NCBI GenBank assembly: GCA_963663865.1
Contig: OY760686.1
Span: 1,216,001-1,280,000, forward strand
Length of the DNA: 64,000 nucleotides
Reading direction: 5' to 3'
Source: Spirochaetota bacterium
Lineage (GTDB): Bacteria; Spirochaetota; UBA4802; UBA5550
Shown: piece by piece, positions 19,390-29,073 of the stretch
Position numbering within the stretch: position 1 is the stretch's first letter
Layout: the number at the start of each line of letters is the position of its first letter
Translations under genes and position numbers: made by a program
The notes under the pieces: model-generated
Told to the model about the DNA's origin: nothing
Database searches by the model: none
Seen by the model: only the letters and a program-made list of their open reading frames with translations

Positions 19390-21363
19390 ATGGCCGGATT
19401 AAAAGAACTGTTTCTTGAGTTTGATGATATCGACGATGATCAGAATGATGACTCAGTCGAGGTTTACGCAGACTCTGTGAAGCAGGCCATCCAGCTGGCT
19501 TCGCATGAACTCAATGCTGATGTTTCTATGCTGGACTATGAAATCATCAGGAAGGGAACAAAGGGATTTTTGGGATTTGGGCGCCAGCCCTACCGTGTCG
19601 TTGTCAGAAAAGCATCCATAAACTCAGACCATCAGGACCTCGACGAGCTTGAAGCCAGACTTTCGGCTCATGTTCCGGGAGTTGTACTCGAAGAAAAAAA
19701 ACATCAGGATGGGACTTTCAAGATCAGGGTTACCAGAAGCGGAATATGGCTTACAGTAACTACACCTAAAGGAAAGGGCCGTCCTGTCGAACCCAGCATA
19801 GTAAATACTCGCCTTTACGCCATGAGAATATCCAATGCGGATACGGCGCTCATTGAAAAAACTGTTAAAAATGCCAGCGGAGAACCCGCCAAAATCGGAG
19901 ACTGGACGCCCAATCCAGACTTTGACAGCAGACTGAAAATTGAGATTTCTGAAGACGAGATGAAGGCATATCTCCACTTTACCCCTCCAAGATATTATGG
20001 GAGAAACCTTGACCTTGAAGAGGTCATGAGCGCTTTGAAGCTTTCCGGGGTAGTTTTCGGAATTAACGAAGAAAAATTAAAGGAGTATCTTGAGAATATG
20101 GATTACTCCTATCCTCTGCTCGGGGCCGAGGGACAGAGGCCAAAAAACGGAAGAGATGCTAAAATTGACTACAAGGTTCGTATTAATAAGGCAAATATTA
20201 AGTTTGAAGAAGACGAAAGCGGGAAAGTCGATTTCAGAAACCTTGAGCTTCTGGAAAATGTCGTTGTTGGACAGGTACTCGCTGTAAAGATACCTCCCGA
20301 GAAGGGTACTCCCGGAAGAACCGTCACTAATAAGGTAATCCCTGTCAAGCCAGGCCGTGATATCAGCATACAGTTTGGCAAGGGTACAATCCTGTCACAG
20401 GACAAGACAGAGTTGACGGCAGAAATAAACGGCCAGGTTGTATTCAAAAGAAATAGAATAAGCGTCGAACCGGTTTACATTATATCGGGGGATGTAGGAC
20501 TTGAGACAGGAAACGTAAACTTTCTGGGTTCTGTAATAGTTTCCGGAAATGTGCTCGATAACTTTGTTGTTAAGGCCGCTGGAAATATCGAGGTCAAAGG
20601 CACAGTTCAGAAGGCTTTCATTGAAGCAGAGGGGGACATCATTGTCCATCAGGGAATATCCGGCAGAGATGAGGCTATAGTAGAGTCGACTGGCGGATCG
20701 GTTTACGCAAAGTTTATTCAAAACGCAAAGGTAATATCTGAAAATAATGTTATAGTGCCAGAGGGAGTTCTTCACGCGAATGTTGACGCGGGCGAATCTA
20801 TTATCAGTATCGGCCGCCGGGCGAGGATTGTAGGCGGACTTATCAGAGCTGGTTCCGATGTAAATGCCAGGTTTCTCGGGGCTGATGTGGCAACAAAAAC
20901 CTCAATATTTGTCGGTGTTAATCCAAAAGTTCTTCAGCAGATTTCAGAATTAGAGAAATCAAAAGTAGAAATCGTAGCGGAATTGGAGGATGTTAAGAAG
21001 AATATCACAACCCTTTCAAATCAAAAAAAGGTATCGAAGCTATCAGACGAAAAAGAGGTGCTCTTTCAGGATCTTGAAAACAGGTCAGAAAAAGGAAATC
21101 TACGAATTGAAGAAATAAAAACGGAGCTTGAAGAGCTTGAGACCTATATAGCGATGCTTGACCAAAAAGGTAAGGTTTGCGCCGAAAAGAAAATATTTCC
21201 AGGGGTTGATATCAATATACGTCATCAGAAGTTTGTCGTTAAAGATGAATATAATTATATTAAATTCAGTCTGGAAGGAGATGATATACGACTTTCCGAG
21301 TATGAGCCGCCTAAACTCGGCGAAGGACAGAGGATTTCAACTCTGGTCTCAAGAAGAAGATGA
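19390..21363 (+). CDS. fapA: FapA/DUF342 family protein with N-terminal Jag-like domain
   Basis: Jag_N-like YEIIRKGTKGFLGFG; GKVDFRNL; beta-helix TGNVNFLGSVIVSGNV; coiled coil; IFPGVDI. Confidence 0.85.
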   Translation: MAGLKELFLEFDDIDDDQNDDSVEVYADSVKQAIQLASHELNADVSMLDYEIIRKGTKGFLGFGRQPYRVVVRKASINSDHQDLDELEARLSAHVPGVVLEEKKHQDGTFKIRVTRSGIWLTVTTPKGKGRPVEPSIVNTRLYAMRISNADTALIEKTVKNASGEPAKIGDWTPNPDFDSRLKIEISEDEMKAYLHFTPPRYYGRNLDLEEVMSALKLSGVVFGINEEKLKEYLENMDYSYPLLGAEGQRPKNGRDAKIDYKVRINKANIKFEEDESGKVDFRNLELLENVVVGQVLAVKIPPEKGTPGRTVTNKVIPVKPGRDISIQFGKGTILSQDKTELTAEINGQVVFKRNRISVEPVYIISGDVGLETGNVNFLGSVIVSGNVLDNFVVKAAGNIEVKGTVQKAFIEAEGDIIVHQGISGRDEAIVESTGGSVYAKFIQNAKVISENNVIVPEGVLHANVDAGESIISIGRRARIVGGLIRAGSDVNARFLGADVATKTSIFVGVNPKVLQQISELEKSKVEIVAELEDVKKNITTLSNQKKVSKLSDEKEVLFQDLENRSEKGNLRIEEIKTELEELETYIAMLDQKGKVCAEKKIFPGVDINIRHQKFVVKDEYNYIKFSLEGDDIRLSEYEPPKLGEGQRISTLVSRRR

Positions 21364-21375
21364 GGAGGTGAGGTT

Positions 21376-21696
21376 GTGAGCCTGAAACCGATAGATCTTC
21401 AGACTAATATATCACAGATGCATGAGGTGGGGCGTCATGAGCATTCAAGGAATACGTCTGTAATTCTTCAGCAGCAGGCTCTCGATGAAGAATCTACAAA
21501 AAAAACAAGAGAGTTCAAAGACAGGCTGGACGAAGCAAAAAAAGCAGAAAAAACTGAAGTACGGGATTCGCTTGCAGATGACCGCGAACGTGAAAAGGCC
21601 AGAAGAGAAAAAGAACGAAAGGAACGCGAAGCATCTGAGGAGTCCGAAAAAATGAAGGACGACAGGCTTGGCAGGATAATTGATATCCTGAAGTAG
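21376..21696 (+). CDS. Conserved hypothetical flagellar-operon protein
   Basis: MSLKPIDLQ N-terminus and GRIIDI C-terminus; GGAGGTG RBS. Confidence 0.75.
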   Translation: MSLKPIDLQTNISQMHEVGRHEHSRNTSVILQQQALDEESTKKTREFKDRLDEAKKAEKTEVRDSLADDREREKARREKERKEREASEESEKMKDDRLGRIIDILK

Positions 21697-21735
21697 CCGG
21701 ATAGAATTTATTCTTTTGATGTCTGAGGAGACATA

Positions 21736-22551
21736 ATGCAGATTGTTTTGATAATACTTGTCAATGTTTTGATGTGGGCCATATTCTATTTCATAATAAG
21801 CTTAAAACTCGAAAAGTCGGCATCTGAGTTTCGGGAAAAAAAGCTTAGAAAAGAGATGGATGATATTATCCGTGAATTTAACTTAACAGCTGAAAGGAAT
21901 ATTTCACTGCTTGAGAACAGAATAAAAGCTATAAAGAGGCTTCTTGCGGCAGACAACAGCGTAAAGGGCTTTGATCGTGTTGTGGGGGATGATACCGTTG
22001 ATTATCAGCAAAAGAGTAGTGAGGAGTACCCCGATCATAATAAGGGAAATATTAATAAAAGAAGCTCTTATCTACAGGCAAAACAGGAATTTTTAGACGA
22101 TTCTTATCGCTCTTTGCCTCTAAAAAAAAGCTTGCTAAAGCGCTGTCAAAATGTTATAAAGATAGCGGCTGTTTATATTGGAAGAAAATTTCAGGAAATG
22201 GCGGCTGAGGACCGTCATTCTTATGCTGCAAGGAAGACGGTAAAGGGTGCGGATGAGGTTCCTGTCCTGCCGGAGTCCGAAGCCTCAACAAAAAATATTA
22301 TATCAAGGGATTTCTCTTCGGTTTTTCCCGATAATGAGGTTTCCGGCGATAGTATTGCCCGTAAGGAGAGTAATGAGTCTAGTCCTGTTGTGTACAACCA
22401 GGAAAAGATGAAAGAGAGATTTTCCGGTGTAAAGGACAGGTTTGTCCTTGTTGAAGAGATGAGTAAAAGCGGTTATACTGCTGAAGATATCAGCAGGTTT
22501 TCAGGAATTCCATCCGGGGAAGTTAAGCTTATAATCAATCTGTGCAGATAA
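21736..22551 (+). CDS. Membrane-anchored hypothetical protein with C-terminal HTH-like (DUF6115/SwrB-like) end
   Basis: N-terminal TM, coiled coil, EDISRFSGIPSGEVKLIINL end. Confidence 0.65.
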   Translation: MQIVLIILVNVLMWAIFYFIISLKLEKSASEFREKKLRKEMDDIIREFNLTAERNISLLENRIKAIKRLLAADNSVKGFDRVVGDDTVDYQQKSSEEYPDHNKGNINKRSSYLQAKQEFLDDSYRSLPLKKSLLKRCQNVIKIAAVYIGRKFQEMAAEDRHSYAARKTVKGADEVPVLPESEASTKNIISRDFSSVFPDNEVSGDSIARKESNESSPVVYNQEKMKERFSGVKDRFVLVEEMSKSGYTAEDISRFSGIPSGEVKLIINLCR

Positions 22552-22592
22552 GATTAGTGTTTAACATGACTGGGATCACAGGTTATTAGAAT

Positions 22593-23444
22593 ATGGAAAT
22601 GAATATTAAGAGATTGACTCCGGAGGAGTTTGCAAGTTTTTCCCGTTTGATATACGAAGCCTCGGGCATTTTTATGAAGGACACAAAGATTACTTTGCTT
22701 TCCAACAGGCTGCGAAAAAGACTCCAGGCACTGGGATTGAATGAGTTTGCCGAGTACTATGATTATCTTGTTTCGCTTACCGGCGATAAAATGAAGAGGG
22801 AATATGAATCCCTGCTTGATGTGGTTTCTACAAACGAAACCTATTTTTTCAGAAATGAAAAACACTTTGACGCTCTGATGACTCATTGTATTCCGGAAAT
22901 AGTAAAAGTAAAAAAGAACAAGAAAATTAGAATCTGGAGCGCTGCCTGTTCAACTGGAGAAGAGCCATACACAATAGCAATATGCGTTGCTGAACTGCAA
23001 AATATCCTGAAAGGCTGGACGGTTGAGATACTTGGAACTGATATCGCTCTGTCAGTTCTCGATTTCGCAGAAACGGGAGAGTATTCTGGCAGAAGAATTG
23101 AAAAGGTCCCGCCGGAATTTCTTAAAAAGTACTTCACTCAGCGGCAGGATGAACCGGAAGTTTACTGTGTGAATGATGATCTGAAGAAGATGGTTAAGCT
23201 GAATTATCTTAATTTTTTTAAAGATTCATTTCCTTCAGACATTGATATTATTTTTTGCAGAAACGTAATGATATATTTTGACAAGGAACATCAGCAGCGT
23301 CTGATTAAGGATTTTTACAGAGTAATCAATCATCCGGGATATCTGTTTATAGGCCACTCAGAAACACTTCATATGATTTCAAACGATTTTGCTTATCAGA
23401 AGATGTGCGAATCTCCTGTTTACATAGCGAAACCCAGGAGCTGA
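22593..23444 (+). CDS. cheR: Chemotaxis methyltransferase CheR
   Basis: TNETYFFR, IWSAACSTGEEPY, IFCRNVMIYFD, GHSE. Confidence 0.97.
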   Translation: MEMNIKRLTPEEFASFSRLIYEASGIFMKDTKITLLSNRLRKRLQALGLNEFAEYYDYLVSLTGDKMKREYESLLDVVSTNETYFFRNEKHFDALMTHCIPEIVKVKKNKKIRIWSAACSTGEEPYTIAICVAELQNILKGWTVEILGTDIALSVLDFAETGEYSGRRIEKVPPEFLKKYFTQRQDEPEVYCVNDDLKKMVKLNYLNFFKDSFPSDIDIIFCRNVMIYFDKEHQQRLIKDFYRVINHPGYLFIGHSETLHMISNDFAYQKMCESPVYIAKPRS

Positions 23445-23446
23445 AT

Positions 23447-23926
23447 GTGGAATTTAACCTGATTAATGTTGGAATTGCGGATTTGCAGGTTGGCGGAGAA
23501 GGCGATGTTCTTCGGACGATACTGGGATCCTGTGTGGGTATTTGTCTTTATGATCCAGTCTCGAAAATCGGAGGGCTAAGTCATATCATGCTGCCGACTT
23601 ATAAAACTGGATCATCATCAAAGAAAAAATATGCTGATACCGCGATTCCAATGATGCTTAATGAGATGCTTGCGAGAGGAGCGGAACATAAAAGGATTAT
23701 TGCCAAGATTATCGGCGGTTCACAGATGTTCAACCTGAGCTCTAACAGCATCATGTCCGAAATAGGAAGAAGTAATGTGGATAAATCAAGGGAGATACTA
23801 ATTTCAATGAAGTTTGATATTGTCTCTGAAGATACTGGCGGAAATTATGGCAGGACAATTGATTTCTATCTTAACGATGGCAGTATCAAAGTAAAATCAA
23901 TTGGTAAAGAGGATATCTACATATAG
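23447..23926 (+). CDS. cheD: Chemoreceptor glutamine deamidase CheD
   Basis: TILGSCVG, HIMLP, EDTGGNYGR; GTG start with AGGAG RBS. Confidence 0.95.
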   Translation: MEFNLINVGIADLQVGGEGDVLRTILGSCVGICLYDPVSKIGGLSHIMLPTYKTGSSSKKKYADTAIPMMLNEMLARGAEHKRIIAKIIGGSQMFNLSSNSIMSEIGRSNVDKSREILISMKFDIVSEDTGGNYGRTIDFYLNDGSIKVKSIGKEDIYI

Positions 23927-23935
23927 GGTTTATTC

Positions 23936-24802
23936 ATGGAAAGTATGACGGGCTACGCCTTTATTGAACAGAGCACAACACAGTTTACGTTCTCAGTCGA
24001 AATCAAGTCCTTAAATTCAAAATACATTGAAACCTACGTCAACTTGCCCCGGGTTATTAGAACTGAGGAGGATGCTCTTGCAAGAATGCTGAAGTCATAC
24101 TTTGAAAGGGGCAAAATTGAATTAACGATAGACATCTATGATTGGCAGGAAACGAGGCCGGTATCTATCAACGGTGCTGTAATAGAAAAGTATTATAAAG
24201 AGCTAAGTGAAATACACAGACGGCTGAATGTGGATAAGCCACTGGATTTCGAATCTATACTTGGTCTTGAGGGAGTAACTACAAAAGAGAAGAGCTCTAT
24301 TAGCGGCCGGAGTATGGCTTTGATAAATGAATGCATTTCCAGGGCAGTCAAAACCGCGGTCAAGATGAGAAGAGAAGAGGCACTTTCAGTAAACGCAGAT
24401 ATCACAGATTGTATTAATTCGATCGCCAGAAATTGCTCGGAAATAAAAAAAATGTCAGCGGATAATGCCAAAAGCAAGATGTCAAATCTGAGAGATAAGA
24501 TAGCGGAGCTCTGCGGGAATTTGGCGGATCAGTCAAGAATACAGACGGAGATAGCTTTGATGGCAGATAAGTTAGACATCAATGAGGAAATTATCAGATT
24601 GAACGATCATATCAAAAAGTTTAAAAGCGTTCAAAAGCAGAAAGGACAAATCGGCAAAACACTTGATTTTCTTTCTCAGGAAATGTTCAGGGAGATTAAC
24701 ACGATTGCTTCAAAGTCAAACAGCTCTAACATCGCTCATGCCGTGGTAGATGTTAAAAATCACATTGACAAAATCAGAGAACACTGCCGGAATGTCGTTT
24801 GA
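23936..24802 (+). CDS. yicC: YicC/YloC family endoribonuclease
   Basis: SMTGY start, [36 protein letters not shown]. Confidence 0.93.
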   Translation: MESMTGYAFIEQSTTQFTFSVEIKSLNSKYIETYVNLPRVIRTEEDALARMLKSYFERGKIELTIDIYDWQETRPVSINGAVIEKYYKELSEIHRRLNVDKPLDFESILGLEGVTTKEKSSISGRSMALINECISRAVKTAVKMRREEALSVNADITDCINSIARNCSEIKKMSADNAKSKMSNLRDKIAELCGNLADQSRIQTEIALMADKLDINEEIIRLNDHIKKFKSVQKQKGQIGKTLDFLSQEMFREINTIASKSNSSNIAHAVVDVKNHIDKIREHCRNVV

Positions 24803-25053
24803 TGAAGACTACACTGATTAATATAGGCTTTGGCAACGCAGTGGCTGCAGAGAGAGTGGTTGCCGTAATATCTCCGTCTTCTGCTTCAGGCAAACGTCTC
24901 AGAGACGATGCGAAAGAAGGCGGTCTTCTTATTGATGCTACTCATGGTAGAAAAACCAGAGCAATAATAATAATGGACAGTAATCACATTGTACTCTCAG
25001 CAATGCAGCCGGAAACAATATCCGCCAGACTTACAACAAATGAAGCAGAATAG
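24799..25053 (+). CDS. remA: RemA (DUF370) regulator
   Basis: [31 protein letters not shown]; yicC-remA-gmk-rpoZ synteny. Confidence 0.92.
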   Translation: MMKTTLINIGFGNAVAAERVVAVISPSSASGKRLRDDAKEGGLLIDATHGRKTRAIIIMDSNHIVLSAMQPETISARLTTNEAE

Positions 25054-25666
25054 CTTTTCCCTGATAATATCAGCCCCTTCAGGCGGTGGAAAAACCACAA
25101 TTATTCGAAGAATTCTGAAAGAAAATCCGCTCCTGGAATTTTCCGTCTCAACAACTACAAGGAAGTTGAGAGAGGGAGAGGTTGAAGGAAAAAGCTATTA
25201 TTCTGTCAGTCGTGATGATTTTATGAAAGCTGTTTCCGCTGATGAATTTATTGAATTCGCTGAAGTGCATGGAAGTCTTTATGGTACTTCAAAAAAAGAG
25301 ATTGACAGGATTCGTTCGGCGGAAAAAATTCCAGTTTTCGACGTAGATGTGCAGGGGGCTGAGTCGCTTAGAAAAGCGCTACCCGGTTCAGTGTTTGTTT
25401 TTATTGTACCTCCGTCGATGGATATTTTGGAGGAACGCCTTCGTTCCAGAAAAACGGAAACTGATGATCAAATCCAGTTGAGGCTGAATAATGCCATGCA
25501 GGAGATTAAATCATACAGGTTCTTTGACTACATTGTTGTCAATGATTGTGTCGAAGAAGCGGTTGCCAGGCTGCAGGCCATCATCGTATCGGAACTCTGC
25601 CGGACGGATAGAAATTTCAAAATAATAAAAATGCTGGAGGACTGGAATGATAATTCCAATGGATAA
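25040..25666 (+). CDS. gmk: Guanylate kinase
   Basis: [25 protein letters not shown]; ATG at 25040. Confidence 0.96.
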   Translation: MKQNSFSLIISAPSGGGKTTIIRRILKENPLLEFSVSTTTRKLREGEVEGKSYYSVSRDDFMKAVSADEFIEFAEVHGSLYGTSKKEIDRIRSAEKIPVFDVDVQGAESLRKALPGSVFVFIVPPSMDILEERLRSRKTETDDQIQLRLNNAMQEIKSYRFFDYIVVNDCVEEAVARLQAIIVSELCRTDRNFKIIKMLEDWNDNSNG

Positions 25667-25856
25667 GCTGGTTGTTTATAACAGCAATAAATACATATTC
25701 ACCAGGGCTGCGATGAAAGCAGTCGACAAGGTAACAAATATCAAGGATTATCCCGAGGAAAACTATAACTGGAAAGTTGTTCCAAATGTGCTGAAACTTG
25801 TCCTCAATTCCGATATCAAGCTTGTGTACACAGAGCCGGAAGCCGAACAGGAATAG
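25647..25856 (+). CDS. rpoZ: RNA polymerase omega subunit
   Basis: [17 protein letters not shown]; directly after gmk. Confidence 0.75.
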   Translation: MIIPMDKLVVYNSNKYIFTRAAMKAVDKVTNIKDYPEENYNWKVVPNVLKLVLNSDIKLVYTEPEAEQE

Positions 25857-25869
25857 AAGGTAGAAGGCT

Positions 25870-26814
25870 ATTCGAGCTGTAGTTTTAACAGGGCCGACGG
25901 CTTCCGGAAAGACGGAGCTGGCTTTGAGGTTGTCAGGAAGTGATTTTGAAATAGTATCATGCGATTCTGTTCAGGTTTATAGATATCTTGATATTGGAAG
26001 CGGTAAGCCTTCAAAAGATGATCTCAATCGAGTCAGGCATCATCTTGTAGATGTTGTCAATCCGGATGAAATTTTTACGGCAGGCAGTTTTGTGGAAAGC
26101 GCCTGTGCTGCAGTAGAGAGAATTGAAGAAAGAGGCATGGTGCCTTTATTTGCCGGCGGTACGGGGATGTATGTCGACTCATTCTTTTACGGTATTTCGG
26201 ATATTCCCGAGATAGACATATCCATTCGGAAGGTTTTATTACAGCATCTTGAAGAAGGGGCAATTGGGCGATTATATGACGAATTATATGCAGTCGATCC
26301 GGTATTTGCCGCATCAATTCACAGAAACGACAGACAGCGTATTGTCAGAGGGCTTGAGGTTTACAGAGGCACAGGGAAACCATTATCAGGTTTTTATTCC
26401 AATAAGCCGAAAAGGGTTTCTGAAAAAACCCTTTTCATATCAATCTGGAGAGACAGAAGCGAACTGATTGAGCGTATTTCGGCGAGGGTGGATGCAATGA
26501 TTGCCGGCGGACTTGTGGATGAAGTTGACTCAATCAGAAAAATGGGGTATAGCCCTAATCTCAAATCAATGCAGTCAATCGGCTACAAAGAGATTAATGC
26601 CTATCTTAATGGAAATATGAATCTCGATGAGGCAGTTGACGCATTAAAGCTTGAGACATCCAGATATGCTAAAAGGCAGATGACCTGGTTCAGGCGGAAC
26701 GCCGACGCGGTATGGTACAATGCATCCGATTTTGAGGGAATATACAGTAAAATACGGTACTGGTTAGAAGGTACGCAGAAAAAGGGGTGTAGCAATGACA
26801 AAGAATGTCAGTAA
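25870..26814 (+). CDS. miaA: tRNA dimethylallyltransferase MiaA (start probably non-canonical ATT at 25870)
   Basis: In-frame GPTASGKT upstream of the TTG at 25924; [27 protein letters not shown]. Confidence 0.93.
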   Translation: MRAVVLTGPTASGKTELALRLSGSDFEIVSCDSVQVYRYLDIGSGKPSKDDLNRVRHHLVDVVNPDEIFTAGSFVESACAAVERIEERGMVPLFAGGTGMYVDSFFYGISDIPEIDISIRKVLLQHLEEGAIGRLYDELYAVDPVFAASIHRNDRQRIVRGLEVYRGTGKPLSGFYSNKPKRVSEKTLFISIWRDRSELIERISARVDAMIAGGLVDEVDSIRKMGYSPNLKSMQSIGYKEINAYLNGNMNLDEAVDALKLETSRYAKRQMTWFRRNADAVWYNASDFEGIYSKIRYWLEGTQKKGCSNDKECQ

Positions 26815-27031
26815 TCTTCAGGATTTTTTCTTAAATAATGCTCGAAAAGAAAAGTGTGATATCACTATATATCTTGTAAATGGCGTGCCCATTAAAGGAA
26901 AAGTTCTCAGTTTCGACAATTTTACTATTCTCATGGAAGTAGATAAAAAGCAGAATCTGATATATAAACACGCGGTATCAACACTATTGCCGTCAAAGCC
27001 CGTTGCTTATAAAGAAGAAACTGAAAAGTGA
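26795..27031 (+). CDS. hfq: RNA chaperone Hfq
   Basis: [27 protein letters not shown]; miaA-hfq synteny. Confidence 0.96.
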   Translation: MTKNVSNLQDFFLNNARKEKCDITIYLVNGVPIKGKVLSFDNFTILMEVDKKQNLIYKHAVSTLLPSKPVAYKEETEK

Positions 27032-27067
27032 ACTAAGTCAGGTTTGTGACGGCAGGGGAGGCGAAGA

Positions 27068-27988
27068 GTGATGAAATCAAAAGTTTTAGGCTTTTTTGTA
27101 CCGCTATTCTTGATAGCTGTCGCTGCTGCTGTTTTACTCGCATACAATCCGGTTCATCATGATTCGGTACTGCTTATTAAAGATATAAAAAGCGGTAAGG
27201 CTATCCGATATTACAAAACTGGCACCCTTTTTACCCCTGAAAGCCTGATCCCCTGGAAGTACAGCATTGAAGTGATGAATCTTCATGTTGCTGAAACCAC
27301 TGAGCTTGAAATTCCAATTTCTCAGTTTAAGACTATTCAGGACGATCTTTTTGATATCGTTATACCGATCAGAGTTACGATGTCAATTAATCCCGATATT
27401 ACGGGTCCAGAGCTGCTGGCCGGCAACGCCGGGGAACTGAAAAAACGAGTTTACAGAGATTTGAAGAGGTCTATTCAGATATCTCTCGACAAATATTTCA
27501 GGCCGATATATGCTCCGGATGAGATGGTATCAAATATTAAGGATGTAATCAGAACTGCAGTGACGTCGTATAATGCCGGAGCTGTTAATACTGGAGCTGG
27601 CATCGTTTCAGTAGATGTAATTGGTCTGATAAGCTATCCTGATGAGGATATGTACATGATGGCGGTAACGCATATCAAGGATCTTACCGGGCTCAGGATG
27701 AGCAATGAAAAAGAACTTTTAAAGATAAAGCATGATATTCAGAGAGACAATCTGAAAAAAGAGGAGCTGTACAGTCATTATCAGAAGATGTCAGTAATTA
27801 TTGAGAATCATCCTGAGATTCTTAAATATATTTATATTGACAAAATTTCTGATGATATAAGTGTGATAATCTCATCTGATAGAAGTGGTATCCCTATGTT
27901 TATGGATAGTGCGGGCAAAATTTTAAAAGCTGCCCAGCCTGAGAATAGTACTGAAAACGGATCTAATCCCAAGAAAAACAAACAATAA
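27068..27988 (+). CDS. Membrane-anchored SPFH/Band-7-like protein (divergent)
   Basis: N-terminal TM, coiled coil, PEILKYIYIDKISDDISVI C-terminal pattern. Confidence 0.5.
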   Translation: MMKSKVLGFFVPLFLIAVAAAVLLAYNPVHHDSVLLIKDIKSGKAIRYYKTGTLFTPESLIPWKYSIEVMNLHVAETTELEIPISQFKTIQDDLFDIVIPIRVTMSINPDITGPELLAGNAGELKKRVYRDLKRSIQISLDKYFRPIYAPDEMVSNIKDVIRTAVTSYNAGAVNTGAGIVSVDVIGLISYPDEDMYMMAVTHIKDLTGLRMSNEKELLKIKHDIQRDNLKKEELYSHYQKMSVIIENHPEILKYIYIDKISDDISVIISSDRSGIPMFMDSAGKILKAAQPENSTENGSNPKKNKQ

Positions 27989-28003
27989 AAAGGAGTAGTC
28001 TAT

Positions 28004-28093
28004 ATGCCTTGCGGTAAAAAGAAAAAAAGAGCAAAAATTGCAAACCATAAGAGAAAAAAACGCAGAAGACTGAACAGGCATAAAAAGAAATAG
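28004..28093 (+). CDS. 29-aa basic protein, AURKAIP1/COX24 (mS38/bS22-like) small ribosomal-protein family
   Basis: MPCGKKKKRAKIANHKRKKRRRLNRHKKK; AAGGAG RBS; hairpin downstream; below ORF-track cutoff. Confidence 0.85.
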   Translation: MPCGKKKKRAKIANHKRKKRRRLNRHKKK

Positions 28094-28104
28094 ATGTATT
28101 TAAG

Positions 28105-28130
28105 CGCGGAAGGGTGAAGCCCTTTCCGCG
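28105..28130 (+). terminator. GC-rich hairpin after the small basic ORF (possible terminator or stabiliser)
   Basis: CGCGGAAGGG-TGAAG-CCCTTTCCGCG with one bulge; no clear U-tract. Confidence 0.5.
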
Positions 28131-28145
28131 TAAATATCCACTATT

Positions 28146-28886
28146 ATGAAAAGACCCGCCCAAAATGAAAAATCTGATAACGAAAGAATAGTCTGGAAAA
28201 GACGCCCTTCAGAGATAAGAGGGTACCAGAAGGCGATTTACGTTACTGAGGACAATGGTGATTATGTCCGGGTCGATTATAATCTTTCTGATAAAAAAAT
28301 AAGGCTCTATATAGAGCTGGCCTCCGAGGGGGGAAGTCCGTATTACTCTGTAATCAAGGACGGAAAGATTACTATTGAAAGAAGTGTTTTAACAGGACGC
28401 TCTTTGGGTTTTTCCGATAAGTTTTCTTCGAAATCTGCAGTTTTTAACACAATTCCGAGCAACACCATACTCAAGCTGATCGGAGGGAATTACGGGATTT
28501 CTTCGAGTAAGTTTGAGCGGACCCGCGAAAAATCGACAGCAAGGACTCAGTTGCTTGCTGAAACACGAAAAAAGTACTTCAGGACTGAAGATAACCCTTA
28601 TATTCACCGCAGAAGCGGAGGAGGAAGCCCCGGAGGGCCTCTGTCATCAAAGGCCAGGGTGTACGATCTGCTCGATTTATCTGTCGCTTTTCTTCTTGGT
28701 CTCGGAGCATATTTTTATTTCAATTACAGCTTCATGGCTGCCGGTGCGGTAGCTGCTTTTACCGGAGTAACTTCTGGCATAGTTGATATGTTTATCAGAG
28801 GAAGAGAGCCGTTTTTTATAAAGGTTATTTCTCTGGTGGCTGCTGGAACGGCTTTGTATGTTTACGGTTATTATTTTTCCGGTTAA
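28146..28886 (+). CDS. Hypothetical protein with C-terminal TM helices
   Basis: 246-aa ORF, soluble N-terminal domain and about three hydrophobic C-terminal segments. Confidence 0.7.
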   Translation: MKRPAQNEKSDNERIVWKRRPSEIRGYQKAIYVTEDNGDYVRVDYNLSDKKIRLYIELASEGGSPYYSVIKDGKITIERSVLTGRSLGFSDKFSSKSAVFNTIPSNTILKLIGGNYGISSSKFERTREKSTARTQLLAETRKKYFRTEDNPYIHRRSGGGSPGGPLSSKARVYDLLDLSVAFLLGLGAYFYFNYSFMAAGAVAAFTGVTSGIVDMFIRGREPFFIKVISLVAAGTALYVYGYYFSG

Positions 28887-29073
28887 TTAAGAATGTTCTC
28901 CATCTTATATGTTTGCGGTATTCTATCGTAGAAGTACGAATAAGTATTCAGATTAGAAGTGTGATATTAGATTATTTATTGCTTTTAGTGTAAGCGTTCG
29001 ATTTTATTGTTGAAAAGAATGATAAGTAATGTAATCTTTCACTATCAGTTCAAGAGGTTTTCGGGGGTATAAC

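Noticed and set aside
25861-25863. Genome-wide TAG recoding (pyrrolysine or alternative code) as the explanation for the miaA stop
   Set aside because: TAG ends dnaX, fliA, cheD, rpoZ, lolA and btuB at their expected C-termini, and no pyl genes are in the window
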